From positions 1-31,652 of the IMG/VR virus record IMGVR_UViG_3300022937_000089: 31,652 nucleotides of DNA. One strand, given 5' to 3'. The position numbers were made by a program, and so were the translations under genes. Below are positions 25,801 to 31,652 of the stretch, one piece after another. Below the pieces are notes generated by a model. That model worked only from the letters and a program-made list of their open reading frames with translations. It was not told the origin of the DNA and searched no databases. This stretch comes from a virus. Taxonomy: Duplodnaviria > Caudoviricetes. The stretch's first letter is position 1. Every line of letters begins with the position of its first letter.

Positions 25801-28800
25801 AAAACTGTACCGGCTGCAAATCAATTTACACTTTCAGCAACCTACGACGGTACAACTGCAACACTAACTAACGGCACTTCTTTGACACTTGATGCTTATG
25901 CAATTGATTATCCAAGTGCTGCTGACGCAAGCGTATCAGGAACATTTACAGCGGCTTTTGCTGCCCTTGACGGACAGCAGGAAACATTGGTATCTGCGGC
26001 AACTTCATTTATTTCCGCAACTTATCCAAGTTTATCATACAATGTTGCCAAGTGTGAAAGAGACACAAGATTAATTCTTGAAGCGATCGGTTTTGACGCA
26101 ATGTTTAATTCAAACTGGAAAACAGTCAAGGCTGCACACGCATATCTAAGATCAACTGCTTCTGATGTTTACGATGGTGGTCAGAAGGCTGCAACTATTG
26201 CAACCTATAACAATGTAAAATCAACGATTGCAGGAGATACTGCAACATACGTAAACGGAGATTCAACATATGCTGCAAGAGTAGAAGCATTATTTGAAAC
26301 TCTTGAAGCAATCATATTCAGTGGTAGCATTGATGGATCAATCTGTCAAACTAATGATAGAATGAGAGATTATGCTGTTCTTCAAATTGAAAGAAACAGA
26401 GACTTTATCAAGGCTGAAGTTGATGCATGGATTGCTTCAACATACACTGACACTGTAACGGCAACTTCTGGTTCAGGAAATATAGTTACTATTTCAGACA
26501 CAAGTTGGTTACAGAGAAACACCGCTATTAGATTTAGTGGAAGTGTTGGTGGCGGATTAGCAACAGGCACAACTTACTATGTACAAAATGTTGAAAGTTC
26601 AACAACATTTACGGTTGCGCTAACAAGAAATGCAACAACTGCTATCACTCTTACAAATTATACAACATCATTTACTGTTGATTTATACTACGATTCAACA
26701 CTATGTCAAAGAGACGTTGACAGATATATCGATGCATTCAAATACGATACAAGATTTGTTGGAAACTATAAATCAATTTATGCAGGAAGATACTATGCTA
26801 ATGCAGTAACAGGATCTCTTGAAGAGGATATGTTCTATCTAAGAGATGCTACAGGTTTAAGAGATTGTACACTACAGGGACTAACCGGAGACTTATTAGC
26901 AGTAAATTCAAATGGTACTTCAAGGGTATCAGCGGGTGCTTATGCATCGCTTGATCCAGGTTGGGGTCCAGACGACTACAGAGTTTGGATCATTGATCGT
27001 TCACCATACATCCAAGGTGTAACAACAATTGGTACCGCGTGTATTGGTCAGAAGATTGATGGTGCTCTACACAACGGTGGAAATGACTCAATGGTATCAA
27101 ACGACTTTACTCAGGTATTGAGTGATGGTATTGGTGCTTGGGTTGATAACAACGGAAGAGCAGAACTTGTTTCGGTGTTCACGTATTACAATCACATTGG
27201 ATATCTATCAACAAACGGTGGTAGAATCAGAGGTACCAACGGTAACAACTCATACGGTGACTTTGGTTCAGTAGCAGAAGGCTTTGATGCCACAGAAACT
27301 CCAAATACAGCGGTTGTGGATAACATTTTCCAATTTAAAGCAACAGCAGGATCAGTATTAACCAACAACTCAAATATATTACAGTTTGAATATGACCATG
27401 CAGGTCAGGATTATACAGAGGCTGCTTGGACTATAACGGGTGGTGGTATTAACGCAGACGTTGATCAGGACGAATTCCGTGATGGTGCTGTGTCTCAGGT
27501 AAGATTACTTGATCTTGGAGATGATTCTTCCGGACAGCTCGGAGGTGATGGATTCTTAACAGTGACTGGAGGTGTATCGGGTGGCGGTACAACAACCACT
27601 CTACAACTTACTGCAACTGATGATCAGTTAACTAATGGTTATGCAGGAATGAGAATTACAATTACTACTGGTACTGGTTCGGGACAATATGGTATCATAC
27701 AATCCAATGATGCTGCAACAAAAACAGCAAACATCATTAGAGAATCAGACGGTCAAGCAGGTTTTGATACTATAATTCCAGGTACAACGGTAGTTGCTCC
27801 AGATGCTTCGTCAATTTATACAATTGAACCAGCAATTTCATTTACTGCACCTCCTACTTCAAGCACAACTGGTGCTATGCACACTTCAGCAACTTGGACG
27901 AGAGCCGTTTATGGTGAGACTGTGGGTGTTTACACACCAGCATACACATACAGTGGTTCAGGAACAGGAGCAATATTTACAGTTACAAGAAATGGTTGGA
28001 AATATGATGTAACAATTACATCTGGTGGTACTGGATACACAAGACTTGAAACTATTACTATAGCAGGAAACAATCTTGGTGGTACAACCACAGAAAATGA
28101 CTTAGTATTAACAATAACTTCAGTTGATTCAAATGGTGTCATCCAAGCATTTGATCAAACAGGTTCTGGTAAGGGTGGTGTTTACATTGCTGTTACTAAT
28201 TCAGGAACAACATCTTCAATCAGTTCCGATGGATCAAATTGGTCAGCAGGTGGCTCATTACCAAGTTCAGGTAACTGGACAGGTATCACACATGGTTTGA
28301 TAGATGATGGTTCAACCATTGCTAAGGTATCCAGATTTGTTGCGGTACAATCAGGTGCGGACATTGCTGCTTACTCAGACGATGGTGGAGCAACATGGAC
28401 ACAGACCGCATTGCCTGCTTCAGCAAACTGGAGTTCAGTAGTTTACGGTAACGGCAAATATGTTGCAATTGCTTCAAACAGCACAACAACTGCTGTATCA
28501 AATGACGGTGTGATTTGGGATCAAAACGGTACGTTACAGTCAACAGGATTCGTTGACATTGCATACGGTGCAGGTTATTATGTTGCAGTTAAACCAAGTG
28601 CTTCAACAGGCGCAATCAACAGAAGTCTTGATGGCGTAAGTTGGACAGCAGAAGATCTAAATGCATCGCACACATGGAACAGCATTGCATATGGTGACAA
28701 CGCATTTGTTGTAGTAGCAACTGATAGCAACGCCGGCGAAGTCAGTGGTGATGCTGGTGCAAACTGGACAGCAACTACAATGGGTTCGCCAGATTCAACA

Positions 28801-30099
28801 GATCCAGCAGGATATCAACAGGTAAGATATGGTCAGGGTGTGTTTATTGCAACCACATATCTTGCATCAGTAACTGGATATTCTACTGTGATGAAATCAG
28901 AAAATGGAATATACTGGGAAGCAGTTGATTTACCAAGTCCAGGCACATTCAGCGGTTACAATGCAGTTGCATTTGGTAATCCAAACAGAGTGGGACACTG
29001 GGCAATTATTTCATATGCTTCTGGAACACACGTTGCAAATCTAAAAACTGGTGCAAAAGCAAGAGCAAGATCATTTGTTTCAACAGAAAAAATCTTTGCT
29101 ATTAGATTAACTGAGCCAGGTTCAGGATATGTTACAGCACCAACAATGACTGTAACTGATCCAGGTAACACATATGATCCACCTCACACAGTAAGAATTA
29201 GTGACGGTGCTCTTGGACAGCCAAGTTTTGTAAACAGAGGTGTTCAATACACGACTGGTTCGGCAGCAATTGGAGACGGTGACGGTGACGGTTATGCTGA
29301 TATATTCCAGGATGGTGCATACGTTGCTGTAAGAAGAATCACAAACGTTCCTGTAGCAGGTTCTAACGTTGTATTCAGTCACTTGCCAGACAGGACATTT
29401 AAACTTGTTAGCATTCTAACACTTAGAGGATCTTATGATGGTGCATACACTGCATTCTATCAAGTAAGTCCAGAAATATTAAGTACTGAGGCTGCTGATC
29501 ATCTAACAGGTGTTGAAACAAGAATTAGATACTCACAGGTTAGATTGACTGGTCATGACTTCCTTGATGTTGGTACTGGTAACCTTGCAGAAACTAATTA
29601 TCCAGGAACACCTACACAGGATCCAGTACAGGCCAACGAAACCTACGAAGCGGATGGCGGACGAGTATTCTATGCTTCAACTGACCAAGACGGTAACTTT
29701 AGAGTTGGTGACTTGTTCAGCGTTGAACAGAGTACGGGTGTTGCTACGTTGAATGCGGATGCATTTAACATTTCCGGACTACAGGAAATTTCATTAGGTG
29801 AAGTTACACTTGGTGGCGGATCAGCAACAATCACTGAATTCTCAACAGATCCATTCTTTACAGCGGATTCAGACAGTGTCATTCCGACACAGAGAGCAAT
29901 TAAGGCTTACATCGCTTCACAAATTGGAGGTGGTGGTGCAGCATTGAACGTAGGAAGCGTAACTGCTGGTAACATTTTTGTAAGTGGAAACACTATTACA
30001 ACTGTTGGCGGTGCGACAACTATTACAATGAATGCTAAATTTAACTTTACTGGCGGCATAACTGGTTATCCGCTGGCAATGAACTACTTTTTAGTATAA
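22870..30099 (+). CDS. Giant multidomain fibre/appendage protein 2 (2409 aa), full-length paralog of 16861..22833
   Basis: Same order of blocks: seven CBM-like repeats, LGDELRST, EDMFY.RDATGLR, SPYIQGVT, SMVSNDFTQ, RYSQVRLT.HDFLDVGTGN, EFSTDP; has four CxRD-type units. Confidence 0.85.
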   Translation: MAEFKLGRIRFVWKGDWTTATTYYKDDVIRYGGRTYICAVGHTAAASFDTDLTYSPTKWNQMSDGLDWKGDWTTATVYKVRDIVKYGGNLYVAAAGHTAASAFETDLTASRWDLFAEGFDWKGNWTTATSYKIGDIVRYGGNTYRAKATHTSGTFSSDLSANWEVFNTGIEYKGTWATATAYKVNDVVLSGGGLWITAQDHTSDATSFENDQSTYWTQFVKGFEYEGDWSGATSYQPGDIVKYGGNQYIAKTTHTNSTPTPGSDWDLFTEGFNFVSDWSGVTAYKVGDVVRLNGYTYLATATSTNQEPPNASYWERLNAGISWQGEWQNSTDYKLGDAVVYNGNSYIVVQAHTSADDDSTTLGDVGRSPATDTTGTYYNVLALGSEVAVLTTTGDLVYYGGNGPTRLPVGTEGQILTAGATYPEWATLGDVDHVYYVSPTGEDRPYPLSGYSIDKPWKTIRYAAEQVEKGPRNPGAQRLLELNRVFLQREVTAYIDYQVNYFTNTAPDVSSIWYNFDYDEYKCERDVGFIVDALIYDLGHGGNVKSRGAANSYVQALYESEREPYLNLSAEKEQDIESFTHMLTVVQAVLNQEAPGTVYQNVSDDSTAIAAQVFDSDVTAESGTYTTVASLVEIITNALEDEDASRVPARYSPSNLIKIATGTYREVLPIIVPEQTCILGDELRSTNIRPAAVSDRNLDITDAKYSIGSLGRMETILPLIAQGSTVTPTSGNSETQSKVWPYSDNDTGESIARLARSTAHNIDWRLGSTALRSIPDATGYNSSFLSGYGDARKNILYNKKFFAEQVKKFIDTNYSSVKYSRTKCLQDVGYIVDAMVYDLTYGGYSESLNAGLAYFDGPGGALAFDSTEKTATLASYNYLKGMMSTAALANTVTSNQSVIAQFKDTAGSAGSATFIEDNMDIIYNIINGGTTSAPTVRITTIATNTCTTSANHGLGVGDAITIIDAGNGLTEGVKYWIKTVPAANQFTLSATYDGTTATLTNGTSLTLDAYAIDYPSAADASVSGTFTAAFAALDGQQETLVSAATSFISATYPSLSYNVAKCERDTRLILEAIGFDAMFNSNWKTVKAAHAYLRSTASDVYDGGQKAATIATYNNVKSTIAGDTATYVNGDSTYAARVEALFETLEAIIFSGSIDGSICQTNDRMRDYAVLQIERNRDFIKAEVDAWIASTYTDTVTATSGSGNIVTISDTSWLQRNTAIRFSGSVGGGLATGTTYYVQNVESSTTFTVALTRNATTAITLTNYTTSFTVDLYYDSTLCQRDVDRYIDAFKYDTRFVGNYKSIYAGRYYANAVTGSLEEDMFYLRDATGLRDCTLQGLTGDLLAVNSNGTSRVSAGAYASLDPGWGPDDYRVWIIDRSPYIQGVTTIGTACIGQKIDGALHNGGNDSMVSNDFTQVLSDGIGAWVDNNGRAELVSVFTYYNHIGYLSTNGGRIRGTNGNNSYGDFGSVAEGFDATETPNTAVVDNIFQFKATAGSVLTNNSNILQFEYDHAGQDYTEAAWTITGGGINADVDQDEFRDGAVSQVRLLDLGDDSSGQLGGDGFLTVTGGVSGGGTTTTLQLTATDDQLTNGYAGMRITITTGTGSGQYGIIQSNDAATKTANIIRESDGQAGFDTIIPGTTVVAPDASSIYTIEPAISFTAPPTSSTTGAMHTSATWTRAVYGETVGVYTPAYTYSGSGTGAIFTVTRNGWKYDVTITSGGTGYTRLETITIAGNNLGGTTTENDLVLTITSVDSNGVIQAFDQTGSGKGGVYIAVTNSGTTSSISSDGSNWSAGGSLPSSGNWTGITHGLIDDGSTIAKVSRFVAVQSGADIAAYSDDGGATWTQTALPASANWSSVVYGNGKYVAIASNSTTTAVSNDGVIWDQNGTLQSTGFVDIAYGAGYYVAVKPSASTGAINRSLDGVSWTAEDLNASHTWNSIAYGDNAFVVVATDSNAGEVSGDAGANWTATTMGSPDSTDPAGYQQVRYGQGVFIATTYLASVTGYSTVMKSENGIYWEAVDLPSPGTFSGYNAVAFGNPNRVGHWAIISYASGTHVANLKTGAKARARSFVSTEKIFAIRLTEPGSGYVTAPTMTVTDPGNTYDPPHTVRISDGALGQPSFVNRGVQYTTGSAAIGDGDGDGYADIFQDGAYVAVRRITNVPVAGSNVVFSHLPDRTFKLVSILTLRGSYDGAYTAFYQVSPEILSTEAADHLTGVETRIRYSQVRLTGHDFLDVGTGNLAETNYPGTPTQDPVQANETYEADGGRVFYASTDQDGNFRVGDLFSVEQSTGVATLNADAFNISGLQEISLGEVTLGGGSATITEFSTDPFFTADSDSVIPTQRAIKAYIASQIGGGGAALNVGSVTAGNIFVSGNTITTVGGATTITMNAKFNFTGGITGYPLAMNYFLV

Positions 30100-30118
30100 C
30101 ATATGGAGGTAAACTAAA

Positions 30119-30439
30119 ATGGCAACAGGAAGACTTGGAGCATCCAACTTATCAGCAACGACTGATACCGTGGTGTACACATGCCCAGCCAGCAATTTTG
30201 CAGTTGCAACAGTTTCTATTTGTAACAGAAACGCATCAGCAATTACGGTTAGAGTGGCGGTAGCATCTACAGCATCACCAGGAAATGATGAATACATTGA
30301 ATATGATACTTCGTTATCAGGAAACGGTGTACTTGAAAGAACTGGTTTGGTACTTGACGCAGGTAAGAATATTGTTGTTTACTCAAGCTCAACAAACGTA
30401 AGTGTTGTTGTGATGGGTATTGAAACATCTACTGCTTAA
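30119..30439 (+). CDS. Small beta-rich virion protein, paralog family A (106 aa)
   Basis: GGAGG SD; VYTCPA...TVSICNR...GLVL pattern. Confidence 0.8.
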   Translation: MATGRLGASNLSATTDTVVYTCPASNFAVATVSICNRNASAITVRVAVASTASPGNDEYIEYDTSLSGNGVLERTGLVLDAGKNIVVYSSSTNVSVVVMGIETSTA

Positions 30440-30457
30440 TAAAAGAGGAATTGATTA

Positions 30458-31156
30458 ATGCCACGTAACATACACCCCGGATTCGTAGCAAAGAACGTAG
30501 GTAATCTGGCCATTGGTTCAAACAAAATTGCTCCATTAGCCGATAACGATGACGTTATTTTGAACGTTGACGGAACAGGAATTATCACATCTCCCGACAG
30601 GGTTACTATCACTAATGGCACCGCTTCAAACAGTTCAGGAACAGGCGCAATGGTGGTAACTGGAGGAATGGGAGTTGGTGGAGACTTGTTCGTTGGTGGA
30701 GACATCAGCGTTGGTGGAGTTTCCGGTTTTAACGGTGTGGCAATTGGTGGAACTTCAGTAGGAACATTTACTAATCTAACAGCAACTGGAACATCCACAT
30801 TTTCTGAGACTGTTAACGTTGCAGAAGCAATTACAGGAGCAACAGGAACTGTTGTTCATGATACTGCGTTGACGAATAATTGGGTTCATACCTCCATAGC
30901 ATCCAATTTTACGGTAAATTTTACCAATCTTGCAACAACAAACAATAGATCATACACACTGAACTTATTCTTATACCAAGGGGGAGCAGCATATCTTGGA
31001 AATGCTGTGCAAATTAATGGAGTCCCGGAAAGTATTAGATGGGCGGCATACGGTACACCAACCGTTAATGCCAATAGATTTGAAATATTAACATTCGTTA
31101 TCTATCGTGTTGGTAGCACGTGGGACGTATGGGGCAACCTTACATCTCATGGATAA
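30458..31156 (+). CDS. Short fibre protein (232 aa)
   Basis: S....GA.VV.GG.GVGGDL.VGG shaft motif, IGG.....GTFT.L, C-terminal NFTVNFTN...Q domain. Confidence 0.8.
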   Translation: MPRNIHPGFVAKNVGNLAIGSNKIAPLADNDDVILNVDGTGIITSPDRVTITNGTASNSSGTGAMVVTGGMGVGGDLFVGGDISVGGVSGFNGVAIGGTSVGTFTNLTATGTSTFSETVNVAEAITGATGTVVHDTALTNNWVHTSIASNFTVNFTNLATTNNRSYTLNLFLYQGGAAYLGNAVQINGVPESIRWAAYGTPTVNANRFEILTFVIYRVGSTWDVWGNLTSHG

Positions 31157-31159
31157 TGG

Positions 31160-31167
31160 CATAAATA
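31160..31167 (+). promoter_or_regulatory. T4-late-type promoter (CATAAATA)
   Basis: Intergenic, upstream of GAGG SD and ATG 31185. Confidence 0.65.
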
Positions 31168-31184
31168 CGTAGAGGAAAACAATT

Positions 31185-31652
31185 ATGGGAAGAAAAGTTT
31201 ATCAAAGTGGAGGAACAGTAGCAGGTGATATCCAACTTACCACAAACCGTGTCTCTACAAAAGCAATCAACCAGGATCTTGTGTTAGATGCACGAGGAAC
31301 TGGAATTATTACCACAGACGATAGATTTACAATTACGAATACTACCGCAAGTACAAATTCAACATCAGGTGCAGCAGTAGTTACAGGCGGACTTGGTGTT
31401 GGTGGAGACTTATATATCGGTGGTGGTTTTAATGGCGGCCAACTTGACAACTTAACAATTGGTGCTTCGGTACCTGCCGCTGCTACATTTACAAATTTAA
31501 CAGCAACTGGCACAACAACACTGGCTGAAATTGCAGAAACTGTTGCTGCCAAAACTGGAGCAACTGGTGTTGTAACTCACGATTTTACTGAATCTAATCT
31601 TTGGCACCACAGTTCAATGAGTGCAAACTTTACAATGAATTTAACAAATGTT
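31185..31652 (+). CDS. Short fibre protein, paralog of 30458..31156; runs off the window end
   Basis: Manual translation, not in the ORF track: MGRKVYQSGGTVAGDIQLTTNRVSTKAINQDLVLDARGTGIITTDDRFTITNTTASTNSTSGAAVVTGGLGVGGDLYIGGG...TFTNLTATGTTT...TGATGVVTHD...ANFTMNLTNV; no stop in 156 codons. Confidence 0.85.
   Translation, partial: MGRKVYQSGGTVAGDIQLTTNRVSTKAINQDLVLDARGTGIITTDDRFTITNTTASTNSTSGAAVVTGGLGVGGDLYIGGGFNGGQLDNLTIGASVPAAATFTNLTATGTTTLAEIAETVAAKTGATGVVTHDFTESNLWHHSSMSANFTMNLTNV

Noticed and set aside
628-31156. Stop-codon reassignment as seen in some large phages
   Set aside because: All genes read through intact under the standard code with high coding density.
568-31552. Numerous antisense and alternate-frame ORFs in the track (for example 568..942, 2366..3163, 7309..7872, 22380..22766, 31202..31552)
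   Set aside because: They lie within well-supported genes, lack SDs and recognisable motifs, and are expected shadows of biased codon usage.
13031-31652. Diversity-generating retroelement acting on fibre genes
   Set aside because: No reverse transcriptase and no template/variable repeat pair differing only at adenines was seen in this window.

Overview
Late (virion) gene region of a large T4-superfamily myophage. The left end (1-410) is a non-coding, hairpin-dense stretch that looks like the 3' part of a large structured RNA. It is followed by a minus-strand gp26-like baseplate-hub/tail-chaperone gene whose end carries a canonical T TTT TTC slippery site leading into an unlisted gp51-like ORF. 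The + strand then carries a tape measure, portal (gp20), a small ORF, a sialyltransferase/Maf-fold glycosyltransferase-like gene, an acidic prohead-core protein, protease (gp21), scaffold (gp22), major capsid (gp23) and a terminator. The remaining ~20 kb encodes fibre/appendage proteins, including two paralogous giants (1990 and 2409 aa). T4-late-type TAAATA promoters punctuate the region, several followed directly by ATG. Top leads: (1) a possible virion O-glycosylation system (head-module glycosyltransferase plus D-(x)-S-T motifs in loop insertions of the fibres); (2) the large structured RNA; (3) the programmed -1 frameshift; (4) two pseudoknotted 5' leaders; (5) leaderless genes and uORFs. 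All family assignments come from motif recognition by eye; no database search was run.
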